This document shows positions 38,799-49,340 of a stretch of 64,000 bases of DNA, in pieces. Under the pieces are notes generated by a model that worked only from the letters and a program-made list of their open reading frames with translations, was not told the origin of the DNA and ran no database searches. The translations under genes and the position numbers were made by a program. Positions within the stretch are counted from its first letter, which is position 1. Each line of letters starts with the position of its first letter. Source of the stretch: a virus; the IMG/VR virus record IMGVR_UViG_3300042298_003052, positions 32,001 to 96,000 of that record. One strand, given 5' to 3'.

Positions 38799-39181
38799 AA
38801 CGTTTCCTCCAGTTTTACAGATTGAGAATCATAAAGATTACCCAAATCGTAAATATTCCGAGGTGACGTTACAACGTCTCCTGATCTACGTTTGGTCACT
38901 CTAGGCCAATCGTAAACAGGATTTTCTAATTCATAAAGACTTTGTTCACTAACCATGTCGGTTAGATGTAAAAATGCTTTATTCAGATCTTCGCCTTCTC
39001 TATATCCATCAGAAAACTCTTGTTCAAGATCTAATTGAGCGATCGCGTTGTCTACCCAAGGTCTTGCTGGGTAATTGTCGCCAGCACCTTCATGAACCTG
39101 AGCGGCGTACTCTGTATCCCAAGTAAAAATAGCTTTACGATATTCTAGTGTTGGAGGATTCCAATTCTCTAATCGAACCAT
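38795..39181 (-). CDS. HK97 gp10-like neck/tail completion protein
   Basis: EYAAQVHEG...ARPW motif; AGGAGG RBS before ATG 39181. Confidence 0.6.
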   Translation of the reverse strand: MVRLENWNPPTLEYRKAIFTWDTEYAAQVHEGAGDNYPARPWVDNAIAQLDLEQEFSDGYREGEDLNKAFLHLTDMVSEQSLYELENPVYDWPRVTKRRSGDVVTSPRNIYDLGNLYDSQSVKLEETL

Positions 39182-39182
39182 G

Positions 39183-39596
39183 TTAACCTCCTCCTGTAGT
39201 CTGAAAATAAGCATCGAAGGGAATACCAACAGAAGGTACAATGTTATAAGACATCGCCGTTAATCTTTCAGTGAAAAACAATGTACCTTCCTCGGGCCTA
39301 CCACTACTACTCACTATAACTTTGACGCGATCGCTGCTTCTAAGATCCTCAGGTAGAGATTTAACAAGGATATATCCTCTAACTCTACGTTCCATATTGT
39401 CTAGACCGGGACTCTCATTCTGGAAGGTTTCATAACCTAATTCAACGATCGCGGCTTTAAGCTGAATCTCTTCAAAGATCTGTACTTCATTAAGCGTCAC
39501 AGGATCAATTTGATGTTGACCTGTAGGCACTTGAAAGAATAACGTTGCGTTAGGAACGAGAGGAATTACTGGAGGTGTAATAGGAAGTATAGTCAT
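39183..39596 (-). CDS. Head closure-like protein
   Basis: Size and synteny only. Confidence 0.45.
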   Translation of the reverse strand: MTILPITPPVIPLVPNATLFFQVPTGQHQIDPVTLNEVQIFEEIQLKAAIVELGYETFQNESPGLDNMERRVRGYILVKSLPEDLRSSDRVKVIVSSSGRPEEGTLFFTERLTAMSYNIVPSVGIPFDAYFQTTGGG

Positions 39597-40333
39597 GACA
39601 CAAACTCCCTAGGACGATAACGTTTTAGTACCATCAAAACGTCTTGTAGTAACGTACTATCAGTACTACTGGTATTTACATTGGTAGCTTCACTACCATA
39701 AATAACGGAATAAAAATTGTTAAGTGTATATTGTTTCATACCAGAAGCCATGGGACTTCTTTGTAGTTTAAGTATGGATATAAGAGCGATCTTTATCTCT
39801 TGCGCCCTTGGATCTATGGGAACAGCTTTGAAATCAAACCCTGTGGTATATTCGACCTTCATTTCAGACTTTTCGTGAGCTTGTGTGGGGCGTCTAAATG
39901 GTCTACCACTATATCGAGCCCTAGCTGCACTACCTAATCCCCAAGACTCAGTAGTAAGACCCGCAAGATTAGCACTTAAGATTCTTACTTCTCCTAGTTG
40001 ATAATCAAATTCATAATCAGTAGAAGGATTAAGTGTTATCCATTGATTGTCAGATAGAGGTAATCCAAAAGAGGCTAATAAGCGTCTACCTCGAATGGAT
40101 ACAACAGGAGCCTTTTGAACAGTATTATTAATAGGCAATCTAGATAGTTTAATAATACCTTTGCCGTTTAATATAGGTGTTTCAACAAATCGTTGCTCTT
40201 CTAAAGGACGATTAGCGCCCATAGGTGATTCAGCGATCATTTGCGCTGTCAATATGGCACTGTTAATAGCGCCTGAGTCTATTTCCAACTCAGGCGCTAA
40301 CTTAACAAGGTCAGTAGGCGTTAATATTGCCAA
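39593..40333 (-). CDS. Head-tail adaptor-like protein
   Basis: VEYTTGF and C-terminal LKRYR pattern typical of adaptors; synteny; TTG start after GAAGG. Confidence 0.55.
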   Translation of the reverse strand: MAILTPTDLVKLAPELEIDSGAINSAILTAQMIAESPMGANRPLEEQRFVETPILNGKGIIKLSRLPINNTVQKAPVVSIRGRRLLASFGLPLSDNQWITLNPSTDYEFDYQLGEVRILSANLAGLTTESWGLGSAARARYSGRPFRRPTQAHEKSEMKVEYTTGFDFKAVPIDPRAQEIKIALISILKLQRSPMASGMKQYTLNNFYSVIYGSEATNVNTSSTDSTLLQDVLMVLKRYRPREFVS

Positions 40334-40336
40334 CTG

Positions 40337-40819
40337 TTAACCTTCCATGCTGTAGGTTACAGGTCTTACGCCATCAAAGGGACCGACATAGAACAGAACG
40401 ATCGCTAGTTTACCAGCGGTAAGAGCTGCTCCACTGATGGTCACTTTCAATTGGCGATCAGCGGTAAGTACCAAAGGACGGTTGTTAGAAACACCTGAGT
40501 TATGACCATCACCACTGATATTAGCAGTAGTAGAAGGAATCAAGTTCAGTACAGCGTCATCAGTAAAAGAGGCTACACCAGTTGCAGCAAGAAGATCAGT
40601 GTTGGTGTTAAGGCCGACAGCAATAGAGGCCCCAGAACCCACACAAGGGGTGTCAACATAGACGAAACCGCTAGTGATGATAGACTTGGATTCAAGTTCT
40701 AGAGGTAGTGTGATAGTTGCTTGAGCACCACCATGGACGGCGAAATCGTAGAAGTCTACAGCCTTACCACTAAGGTTGTCACGTACAACACGATTATGAA
40801 CGTATGATCTTTTAGGCAT
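40337..40819 (-). CDS. Probable virion (head decoration-like) protein
   Basis: Beta-rich, AALTAGKL..Y C-terminus; follows the capsid gene; start MPKRSY coupled to the upstream stop. Confidence 0.5.
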   Translation of the reverse strand: MPKRSYVHNRVVRDNLSGKAVDFYDFAVHGGAQATITLPLELESKSIITSGFVYVDTPCVGSGASIAVGLNTNTDLLAATGVASFTDDAVLNLIPSTTANISGDGHNSGVSNNRPLVLTADRQLKVTISGAALTAGKLAIVLFYVGPFDGVRPVTYSMEG

Positions 40820-41190
40820 TAGGAAACTCCGAGACGAGGACAATTAGGAACAGATGTAGGACAGATGGGATCTGAACTTTCCAAAGCTGTACGCATAGGA
40901 TAGTTACAAACGGGACAAATTCTTATCCCATCCACCTTAATGTAATCGAAGTTGACTTCAGCAGCTTCTTCAGAAACAATAGCGATCGCTTCAGTTTGTA
41001 CCGACTGTTCGATCTGAACATCTTCCACTTGGGGAGGATATTTCAGTTCCACAATCTCATCGATGACTTCAATCCATTTCTGGTCGTCAGCCTTATCAAA
41101 ATTGACAGTTTCTGCTTCAGATTGGATAATTCGCCATCCTTGTGTAATTAACCAAGCTTTGTAATCGTCTTTAGAAAGCTGCTGAGTCAT
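40819..41190 (-). CDS. Hypothetical protein with C-terminal zinc ribbon
   Basis: CPVC...CP.....C. Confidence 0.55.
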   Translation of the reverse strand: MTQQLSKDDYKAWLITQGWRIIQSEAETVNFDKADDQKWIEVIDEIVELKYPPQVEDVQIEQSVQTEAIAIVSEEAAEVNFDYIKVDGIRICPVCNYPMRTALESSDPICPTSVPNCPRLGVS

Positions 41191-41202
41191 TTAGTTCACC
41201 AA

Positions 41203-43044
41203 TCAGGTAAGTGCTACATCAAACGTGTTGACCTTGAACACCCGTGTTTCCTGAGGAATGTCAGATGTATCATTGTAACCAGTAGCGTCAACGTCTAGTG
41301 GTCCGTGGGCTTCGTAGGATTGCCAAATGGCGCGATCCATCCGACCAAAGTCAGTCTTCTCATCAAAGAGAATCTGAACACCAGAGCCGCCGATACCACG
41401 ACCAGAAGCCATACCACCAAAGGCGTAAGAAGTACGAACCACAGAAGAGGTGCTGTCACCATTGGTTTCAGTAGCTACACCTTCTGCCCCAGTAGCATTA
41501 GCAAAGGCGTTAGTTTGCCAAATGTGGAAGCCCTCAAACAACCCTTGATAACCTTCAACCTTGATGTTTTCACCAGCAGGGTAATCACCAAGCATCATGT
41601 TGGTCATTTCCCGGATCTGTTCAACACTAGGAGCTTCAAAGTATTGGTTGACTAGAGAACTCTTCAGTTGAGACATAGCGGTAGGATTGGTAACAAGACC
41701 GTAGTTACCATCAGGTAGAGGCACAACGCGATCGTTCGATAGCCTCGTGTATACCTGATTAAGGAACTGCCGTGTCATAGTACCACCCACAGTCACAGAA
41801 GCCGCTGCTGTAACAATGTTATCGCCATTGTTATAGTAGTTCTTAGTGGTAGGTCTCCACTGTTCACGGATGACCAGATCTTCCCAGTTGTAATAGTCGT
41901 AGAAAAGATCTCTTTCCAAGATCCTCATCAGAGGCAACATGGCGTACTCTTCTACGAATCGAGGGATAGAAATAGGAGGCGCTTCCGAACGACCCCGACC
42001 GTACTCATTAAGAATCATCTTAACAAGGCCGGTACGAACCCGTTGATTACCAGCATCAATGGGAACGTAGGTATTAGATCCGGAGAGCAAACGTTGTTGC
42101 GAATTGGTCGCTACCTCAGGATAAGCAGCCCGAGGGATATCAACAACTTCGCCGTTACCGCGATCGTACCGGTGAACAGTTTGAGGGAATTGCCAGAATA
42201 CCAGTCCGGGACGGGAGCTAACCCGCATGATGGAAGATAGAACTTCCAAGAAACCACCAGGGACATCAGAGGAAGTGGTAGCAGCTCTCCGCTCAGACTC
42301 AGTGATCATCTTAGAACCACGGAATAAACCATGCTTCTTACCCATATCAGTCATCTCTTTGAGAAGAGATTTGTAGCTGCTATCATTGTACCGTTGTTCT
42401 GCCATCCACTGATCGATTTCGTGGGTGGGGTACACAGGCATCAAAGAACCGCCACTGGTAGTCCTATAGGTGACACCTAAACCGTCACGGATAGACATAA
42501 ACTCAGCTAGTCGTCCATCCAAACGATCGCCGTTAGGAGATGTACGAATATTAACATTAGGCATAGAGATTTCTTTCGCACCTTCTGGACGACCAATCAA
42601 CTTAGATAGACCTTCGAGAACCTTGTCAGATTCCTTAGCCTTATTCAATTCATCAGCCAATGTTCGATTTTGAACCTTAGCTTTCTCTAGCTCTTCCTGC
42701 AAAGGAGCGATCGCATTTTCGACGGCTGTTCTGACAAACTGTTGTAGAATTTCGGCAGTGATAGCAGGCTCAGATTTTTCTACAACGGCTGTTTCCTGCT
42801 CAATTTCTAGTTCAGGTTCAACAGCTTTTTCGACTGTTTCTTCGTCTTGATCGCTAACTTCTTCAACTTCTCGTTCATCAACAGAATCGTTGACAACCAT
42901 GCTGGAGGAAAGGCCCAGGGCCTTCGCAAAGCCGTTATTATGAGCTTGAACTCCAGATTTTTGAAGGTTGATAGATAGTTTCATCTGTTCTTCTTCGCTG
43001 AGGTTACCCAGCTTGATAATTTCACGTAAGGAGTTTTTGCCCAT
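41203..43044 (-). CDS. Major capsid protein with N-terminal acidic/coiled-coil scaffold
   Basis: 613 aa; GGAGGTG RBS before ATG 43044; acidic coiled-coil N-terminus; capsid-like core (G.FEGF.I..TN, DFGR); synteny. Confidence 0.75.
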   Translation of the reverse strand: MGKNSLREIIKLGNLSEEEQMKLSINLQKSGVQAHNNGFAKALGLSSSMVVNDSVDEREVEEVSDQDEETVEKAVEPELEIEQETAVVEKSEPAITAEILQQFVRTAVENAIAPLQEELEKAKVQNRTLADELNKAKESDKVLEGLSKLIGRPEGAKEISMPNVNIRTSPNGDRLDGRLAEFMSIRDGLGVTYRTTSGGSLMPVYPTHEIDQWMAEQRYNDSSYKSLLKEMTDMGKKHGLFRGSKMITESERRAATTSSDVPGGFLEVLSSIMRVSSRPGLVFWQFPQTVHRYDRGNGEVVDIPRAAYPEVATNSQQRLLSGSNTYVPIDAGNQRVRTGLVKMILNEYGRGRSEAPPISIPRFVEEYAMLPLMRILERDLFYDYYNWEDLVIREQWRPTTKNYYNNGDNIVTAAASVTVGGTMTRQFLNQVYTRLSNDRVVPLPDGNYGLVTNPTAMSQLKSSLVNQYFEAPSVEQIREMTNMMLGDYPAGENIKVEGYQGLFEGFHIWQTNAFANATGAEGVATETNGDSTSSVVRTSYAFGGMASGRGIGGSGVQILFDEKTDFGRMDRAIWQSYEAHGPLDVDATGYNDTSDIPQETRVFKVNTFDVALT

Positions 43045-43187
43045 GCGGCTCACCTCCATCTCCATAAAAGGGGTCACAAACTAGCTTATTTATACAAAAA
43101 GAAATATATTCGCATGATAGCGATTAAGATATACTTTATTAGCTATCTTGTTGTACTATGAATAGTTGTTCCTAATAGATATTCGTC

Positions 43188-43868
43188 GTGATTTCAAAAA
43201 GCAAATCTTCACCAAAGTCTCGGAGTAAGAGTAATAGAATATACGGTATGGGTTTGAAATCTCTAAGATATCAATATGGTATATTCAAGCAAGAAGATTT
43301 AGCTAACGCACTTAAATGGGAAAAACATCAAGTGCGCGATAGAGAATGTGGTTACGCTTCGATTCGATTAGTAGATGTATACGCCTTTAGTAAAGCTTTT
43401 AATACAACACCTAGAAATGTCTTAAAAGTCATAACAGAAAAAAAAGAAGAATTGACTTCGGTTAAGGATTTTGAATATTTCTTAACCACCTATAAGATGC
43501 ACATAAACGACAGTAAAGATGATTTCAAATATGACATGGAAGAGGGTAAAAGGATCGTACATGAATTGACTCCATTTCCTCTTAATGAAACCACTATAAA
43601 AGAGACATTAACTAGACAAGGGCGTTGGTTAATGGCAACACGAATAAAGCAAGGTATGAGTTCACAATGGGTGTTCGCTATGAACCTTGGTTATAACCCT
43701 TCTTTCGTTCAACATCGTGAGAGTGGAGAGACTCCTATAAAGTTAGAAGAACTCATGGAAATCTCTAATATATGGAATATGAACTATTTGGATCTAGGAG
43801 AGATTTTATTATCCGAAGATGTTATAACTACGCAAGATATTCAACGCCTGAGAAACGAGTACTGTTAG
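43188..43868 (+). CDS. Tandem XRE-type HTH regulator
   Basis: Two HTH units (LRYQYGIFKQEDLANAL..REC; TRIKQGMSSQWVFAMNLG..RESG); divergent from the capsid gene. Confidence 0.75.
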   Translation: MISKSKSSPKSRSKSNRIYGMGLKSLRYQYGIFKQEDLANALKWEKHQVRDRECGYASIRLVDVYAFSKAFNTTPRNVLKVITEKKEELTSVKDFEYFLTTYKMHINDSKDDFKYDMEEGKRIVHELTPFPLNETTIKETLTRQGRWLMATRIKQGMSSQWVFAMNLGYNPSFVQHRESGETPIKLEELMEISNIWNMNYLDLGEILLSEDVITTQDIQRLRNEYC

Positions 43869-44761
43869 GATCTTAAACAGCTTGCGGCGGGTAGTGCGCC
43901 TCTATTACAAATAGAGTGTTCTAACAATTCGTGTCTTTCTCCACCTAACGTGCAATATCTACTAAAGTTAAATGCCGTTACATCTACACCTTCAGCGTTG
44001 CACATATCCAACATCCAAGGCGAAGGTATCAAATGATCGCACGTGTAGATTGTCTTACCTTTAGAATCTTTAGTATTCTCATAGAATGACACGTCCCTAT
44101 TGTATTTAGCACTACAATCAGGACAAATAAAAATAGGTTTGTCTAGCTTGCTACCTGTGGAACAATCATTGTGGATGCGATCGTTCAAAGTTTTAGCTGT
44201 GTCAGAACCCGTAGGGATAGCTACATTCAAAAATAACCAAATGTATCCTTCATTCTGAATTATTTCTTGGTTATATCCTCTATGACCACCACCATCGATG
44301 ATGCGATCTTCTACTGTACGTTCTCTGACGACTTTAGCATCAACAATAAAGCCTTTGGCAGCGTAACTATTAGCCATGTCATGATCTACTAGAAGAGGTC
44401 TTCCTACGGCTGTAGATGCTAGCTGTAACATTGAGCTAGGATGCCACCGACGAAGACCATAGTCCACTAGATTGTTACTGGCCATAAAAGGAACCATTGT
44501 CCAATCAGTAGACGTATATACATTACCCGTAAGTATTGAAATAAGATCTAATTCATATTTATTGGGAAAACCAATTTGATTACGAATACCGTTTTCGTAT
44601 TCTTCATCGTCTTCATCATTATCGGTTTCTTCTTCTTCCACTTCTATAGTAACCACGGTGCTACGTTGTAATTCTAAAAGATCTTCAATAGATTTTTGAA
44701 CAGAATTGATAGTGGCCATCAACTCTTCGTTGCTAATAGTAGAAGAAGATTCAGTCGTCAT
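43865..44761 (-). CDS. Probable prohead maturation protease
   Basis: GRPLLVDH, CSTG, ICPDC, LEHS..GALPAA pattern typical of phage head proteases with a Zn-ribbon insert; lies upstream of the capsid gene. Confidence 0.6.
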   Translation of the reverse strand: MTTESSSTISNEELMATINSVQKSIEDLLELQRSTVVTIEVEEEETDNDEDDEEYENGIRNQIGFPNKYELDLISILTGNVYTSTDWTMVPFMASNNLVDYGLRRWHPSSMLQLASTAVGRPLLVDHDMANSYAAKGFIVDAKVVRERTVEDRIIDGGGHRGYNQEIIQNEGYIWLFLNVAIPTGSDTAKTLNDRIHNDCSTGSKLDKPIFICPDCSAKYNRDVSFYENTKDSKGKTIYTCDHLIPSPWMLDMCNAEGVDVTAFNFSRYCTLGGERHELLEHSICNRGALPAASCLRS

Positions 44762-44835
44762 GATCGTACAGAATTACACTATTTTTTACAATAGTAAATT
44801 CTCATACAATTTATACACGTGGATAGCCATTTACC

Positions 44836-45156
44836 TTAATCTATGGAAATGTTTCCAATCTTCTCACTGTCAGAAGCCCATGGAGCTGTAGAAACTTTTG
44901 AATGTTTCGCTTTGATAACTATAGTGAAACGATGATCCTCAACGAACCAGATTGACCAACTATTATTAGCGGCGACACTACGAAAACGATAAAAGTATTT
45001 CTTTTGATCGCTGTCCCAACGTCTATCCATCTCTAATATCTCAGCCTGCAATGGACAGAATATGGACATGCTCCCATCTGGAGTTCGTAACTGTCCGTTC
45101 AAAAACTGTATACAATCGCCTATAGTTAATTCGCTAATAATCCGTTTGTTAAGCAT
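44836..45156 (-). CDS. Hypothetical protein
   Basis: ORF only. Confidence 0.5.
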   Translation of the reverse strand: MLNKRIISELTIGDCIQFLNGQLRTPDGSMSIFCPLQAEILEMDRRWDSDQKKYFYRFRSVAANNSWSIWFVEDHRFTIVIKAKHSKVSTAPWASDSEKIGNISID

Positions 45157-45206
45157 TTCGGTTTGTGATATACTTCCTTAAGTATAGCCTATCGGAGTGT
45201 TAATAT

Positions 45207-45371
45207 ATGGTTTTAACCGATGCTATTTTAGAAGAAATCCAATCTTGTAAAGACACGTTAAACAATTTGTCACCAAATGATAACAGATCGTTTTGGGTAT
45301 CACGTCATTTAGCCAGACTTGTATTGGAATTGGAACTTACCAAAAACCATGTTAGAACTTTTGATTATTGA
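45207..45371 (+). CDS. Small hypothetical protein (54 aa, not in the ORF track)
   Basis: GGAG upstream of ATG 45207; MVLTDAILEEIQSCKD... Confidence 0.45.
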   Translation: MVLTDAILEEIQSCKDTLNNLSPNDNRSFWVSRHLARLVLELELTKNHVRTFDY

Positions 45372-45561
45372 TCTAAACACGATCGCTATTGTGTTTGTTG
45401 TTAAAGAAGACCAGCGATCGCTAGATAGTTCTATAGAGGAAGAACTACAAATAGCGATCGCTGATTTTAAGGCGTCATCGGATTGTGTACGGGTCGAAAC
45501 ACATATTGTTCGGCCCTCTTTCTTAATCTTTCACGACGTTTGCCAACCTCCTGATAATTAG
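45349..45561 (+). CDS. Hypothetical protein
   Basis: ATG 45349 overlapping the upstream ORF. Confidence 0.4.
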   Translation: MLELLIIDLNTIAIVFVVKEDQRSLDSSIEEELQIAIADFKASSDCVRVETHIVRPSFLIFHDVCQPPDN

Positions 45562-45721
45562 ACATCATCAACAAAAATTCTCTATTGTGCATTTTAGTGA
45601 ACCTCTTACGATCGTTTACACGATCTTAACATGGGGAGGAGATCTAATAGACAAGAAAATTGTTTTATGTTTTTCAAAAATATCAACAGCCATCTGATCT
45701 AAGATAGAACGCTACAACGGT

Positions 45722-46033
45722 TTAGCGATTCTCAGTTTCTAAAGAATCAGAGCCAAATTTATCAGCGAGAAGATATAAACCGCCCATACTTAACCAATCC
45801 CAGGCGTCTACCATGTAAAGAGAAAGATAAGGAGGTCCACCACGACTTTGCATCTTGGCGTAACCATATATGGTTTCTCCATTTTTCATTACGATACGAT
45901 ATAGAAACTTGCCTGTGTGAGGCACATAAGCAGGTTCCACATATAACACGTCAGGGTGAATAGCCCGTAGATGTGCGGGTTTATGACTGGCTTGGACGAC
46001 AGATTTTAGGATGCTTATCTTTCGCTGATCCAT
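45722..46033 (-). CDS. Hypothetical protein
   Basis: ORF only. Confidence 0.5.
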   Translation of the reverse strand: MDQRKISILKSVVQASHKPAHLRAIHPDVLYVEPAYVPHTGKFLYRIVMKNGETIYGYAKMQSRGGPPYLSLYMVDAWDWLSMGGLYLLADKFGSDSLETENR

Positions 46034-46120
46034 GACTCTACCTAAACCATAGTTAGATTATCTGATCTAAGACGCGATCTACAAATAGCAACAAACCGAA
46101 TTAACAAGTACAGAATACCG

Positions 46121-46867
46121 TTAACCGCCAGGATAAATCCATCTGGCATCACCAGATCTATCATCAACGTGTAGAAACTGCATACTGTTACTATATGCTA
46201 AACCACCTCGCCATTCATCATTAAGAAGTCTATAAAGTTCTAAAGGCGATCGTCCAGGAATGGCTATATCTAACGCTTTGCCTTGAACGTGCATACTAAA
46301 AGGGGCACCTCCAACACGGGCATTAGTCTCAGGATCTCTGTAACCACTACGGATGATAATGGATTTTCCAAAATGATCGCATATCTTTTGAGCTTTTATA
46401 GAAATACTTATTAAATTCGCCACTACAGACACATTAGCAGGACGACGATAATTACCAGAAGGTGTAAAATGTAATACTTCACCCCATGTAATATTAGGTG
46501 CCTTGCGATCGTGTATAGGTTGTCCTGACCAAGTTCTAACGCTGTTACCAGGTAAAAGAAATGATACACCGAGATCCTTAGGCTTACTTACAGAAGAATC
46601 TATAGGTTTATTGTCCATACTAAAACCGCTTTGATCTTCTATAGCACCTTTCCAGACATACCAAGTGTTTTTGCCACTTTTGTGAATAGTTTTAGGATCA
46701 ATTTTTTCAATATCTAACGTGAAGACAATGTGACTCCCTTCTTCCCTATATGCTGCAATAGGAAAAGTCTTACCACGTTTGGCAATAGCGAGTTCTTCTT
46801 TACCAATAGTGCTGCTATCTGCGGCACTAGGTTTTAGATACGTATCTGAAGTTGTGATAAGTTCCAT
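46121..46867 (-). CDS. Endolysin, peptidase M15 family
   Basis: SGYR..TNARVGGA..SMHVQGKALD and FLHVD zinc motifs; SH3-like N-terminus (DTYLKPS). Confidence 0.85.
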   Translation of the reverse strand: MELITTSDTYLKPSAADSSTIGKEELAIAKRGKTFPIAAYREEGSHIVFTLDIEKIDPKTIHKSGKNTWYVWKGAIEDQSGFSMDNKPIDSSVSKPKDLGVSFLLPGNSVRTWSGQPIHDRKAPNITWGEVLHFTPSGNYRRPANVSVVANLISISIKAQKICDHFGKSIIIRSGYRDPETNARVGGAPFSMHVQGKALDIAIPGRSPLELYRLLNDEWRGGLAYSNSMQFLHVDDRSGDARWIYPGG

Positions 46868-46950
46868 GGCTATACAACGCTATTTACAGTTATCATTTTA
46901 GCGTTTTAGCCTTTTATTTATTTATAATTAAAGATAATAAGTTATCTGGT

Positions 46951-48279
46951 TTATGCTACCAAAAGATCGCCATTATAAAAACAGTGTCCATCAATGAAAG
47001 GTATTTGTGTAACTGTAGAATCAAAAGTCTGCCAGTCATCTCTTGAAAAATGAGTGATAATAGTTACACCTTGTTGGTAATTACGTTCTACGCCATAACC
47101 AGGTAGTGTAGGGTCTTGTTTACCGATCATACCTGGACAAACACCCCACATTCTCTTGTATCTTATACCAGAATCCGTAGGTACAGGAATCATCTGTGAG
47201 ACAGTAGACTGCCTGTGAATATGTCCCATAACAACATTTGAATAGTAGGATTTCATGGTATCAGCGATCGCATCTTTACCGCATTTTTCACCATGAGTAT
47301 AAATCCAATCACGATGTTTCCATACGTTAGCTCCGCTAGTATAACCATCGAAGCCTTCTTCAGTAAAACCACCATGATAAATTATGTTCTTACCAGTAAA
47401 ATCTAACATGTCAGATATGCTAGGGATGGTAAACGTAAATCCAGGAACGTCCACGACTGTTTTGATCGCCTCTCTTACATAGTCGCCAACTCTTTTATCG
47501 TGATTTCCTTCTATAACTCTAAATTCACAATCTGTAAGTTCTCTGATATCGTGGAAGAAAGTCGCTGCCGTCTGTAATGATTTTTGAGTATGACCTTTAA
47601 GATCTACTCCATGGGGGTGACGACCAAATTCAGGAAAGTCTAATGTGTCACCTAACGCCACAATAAGATGTGGATTCAATAGTTCTACTAACTTTAGAAC
47701 CAAAATTAAAGCTTTTTCGTCATGGGTGGATACTAGATTCCCATTGACAGAACGATATCCAAAATGAATATCAGGTAATACTAATATGTTCTCTACGTTT
47801 TTTGGTCTACTATCGAATTTATACTTTGATTCAGGTCTAGTCCATGTTACTTGTTGTAAACCAAATTCAATAGGATTAATTGTCTTAGGTACGATGTTAG
47901 CAGTAACACCAAAGTTTTCAATCTGAGTAAGAGTGTCTTGACCTCCTTTGTCTCTAAGTTTCATAGAGGTCGTCCAACTCTTTACACGCCCATTAGTCAT
48001 TGTGTAATAGTCGGTATCTATACCCTTAGATTTTAGATACTCAATAGGATCTGCTGGAGATCCAATCGTTGTTATATTGGCCGTTATGATACCAGTTGCG
48101 TCATCTTTTTGTATATCAACTGTTACTTCGGTCTTAGAAATTCCTTGTTTACGACGATCGCTTTTTGCTTTGTAACGACAAGATTTACAATCCTTTCTAT
48201 ATGTTCCACGATCAGAACGAAGTTCAAACTTATCTATGGACAAAATTTCTTTACAAGTGTCACACTCTTTTGTTTCCAT
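46951..48279 (-). CDS. Calcineurin-like metallophosphoesterase with N-terminal zinc finger
   Basis: DIHFG, GDTLD, GNHD, THG, GHIH; N-terminal CDTC...CKSC. Confidence 0.85.
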   Translation of the reverse strand: METKECDTCKEILSIDKFELRSDRGTYRKDCKSCRYKAKSDRRKQGISKTEVTVDIQKDDATGIITANITTIGSPADPIEYLKSKGIDTDYYTMTNGRVKSWTTSMKLRDKGGQDTLTQIENFGVTANIVPKTINPIEFGLQQVTWTRPESKYKFDSRPKNVENILVLPDIHFGYRSVNGNLVSTHDEKALILVLKLVELLNPHLIVALGDTLDFPEFGRHPHGVDLKGHTQKSLQTAATFFHDIRELTDCEFRVIEGNHDKRVGDYVREAIKTVVDVPGFTFTIPSISDMLDFTGKNIIYHGGFTEEGFDGYTSGANVWKHRDWIYTHGEKCGKDAIADTMKSYYSNVVMGHIHRQSTVSQMIPVPTDSGIRYKRMWGVCPGMIGKQDPTLPGYGVERNYQQGVTIITHFSRDDWQTFDSTVTQIPFIDGHCFYNGDLLVA

Positions 48280-48335
48280 AAGGATCCATAGAAAATAGTT
48301 GGAAAGTTATATTCTATTACAGGATACAGAAAAAA

Positions 48336-48947
48336 TCAAACTTCTTCTAGATCTTCGTCGTCGTTAATGCTGTAAAGAATAGGATTACCTTCTTGGTTAA
48401 TTAATTGAATACCTCCTTGCATAGCCCATTGATATTCATCAACCAAACGAAGTCCATTAGAATCTTTTACGCCATGGGCGATCGTTTTGATGGTATCACC
48501 ATCTGGTTCAATAATACGCAACAAGTGATAGTTCTCTTCCGGTCCCTCTATGATATAGTTCTCCACGGGCACTGATGACAATACACCATCAACACAACTC
48601 ATCATGACTTGTATAGCCCATTCCTCAAACGATATTTCTTTTACGAAATTACGTTTAGATATACCATGAGCAATGGGTATCAGTCTCTTAGTTGTTACCA
48701 CTTCAGGTAGATCAAGATTATCTTCGTTAATCTCTTCCTCCATACGTTCTTCAAACAATCGAATAAGAAATATATTGTCTTCTCTCTGATAACAATATCC
48801 ATCAAAGCCAGATGGTATATCTCCTATTACAACGTTGAGTAGGTTGGCTTTAATAAGTTGTTCAGCTTTATTCTTCTTATTTAGAAAAGCTCCATAAGCA
48901 AGAATAGCTGCACTTCCTGAAATAAAACCGAGAATATATTGGATCAT
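48336..48947 (-). CDS. Hypothetical membrane-anchored protein
   Basis: N-terminal hydrophobic helix, repeated IAHG unit, GAGGAG RBS. Confidence 0.6.
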   Translation of the reverse strand: MIQYILGFISGSAAILAYGAFLNKKNKAEQLIKANLLNVVIGDIPSGFDGYCYQREDNIFLIRLFEERMEEEINEDNLDLPEVVTTKRLIPIAHGISKRNFVKEISFEEWAIQVMMSCVDGVLSSVPVENYIIEGPEENYHLLRIIEPDGDTIKTIAHGVKDSNGLRLVDEYQWAMQGGIQLINQEGNPILYSINDDEDLEEV

Positions 48948-48959
48948 AGATACTCCTCG

Positions 48960-49340
48960 TTATATACGTTTTAACATCCAACCGTTCTCGTAACTTATAG
49001 CAGGATTATCATGTATGTAACGATGACATACATTATTTACAGCCATTAAGTTACCAGAATATATGAGAAGTGGAATGCTATCGATAAAATGTTCTTGAAT
49101 AATTTCCACTAATTGTGGACTATATAACAAGAGTTCTTCCTTTATAGAATCCCTATCTAGACGTATAACACCTTGTCTCCCTCTTTTATGGTGTACTGTG
49201 TCACTGTATAACTTATCACAATGTTGACACCTTGTAAAAGATTGAAGGACACGAATTTTAGTCTCAGTATTGTAAAAATCCAGTAAAGTCTTTTTTAGAT
49301 GTTCTCTATTTTTATGACGATCGCTTTGTCTAGACTTCAT
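48960..49340 (-). CDS. HNH-like endonuclease
   Basis: CQHC..DTVHHK...NLMAVNNVCHRYIH. Confidence 0.6.
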   Translation of the reverse strand: MKSRQSDRHKNREHLKKTLLDFYNTETKIRVLQSFTRCQHCDKLYSDTVHHKRGRQGVIRLDRDSIKEELLLYSPQLVEIIQEHFIDSIPLLIYSGNLMAVNNVCHRYIHDNPAISYENGWMLKRI

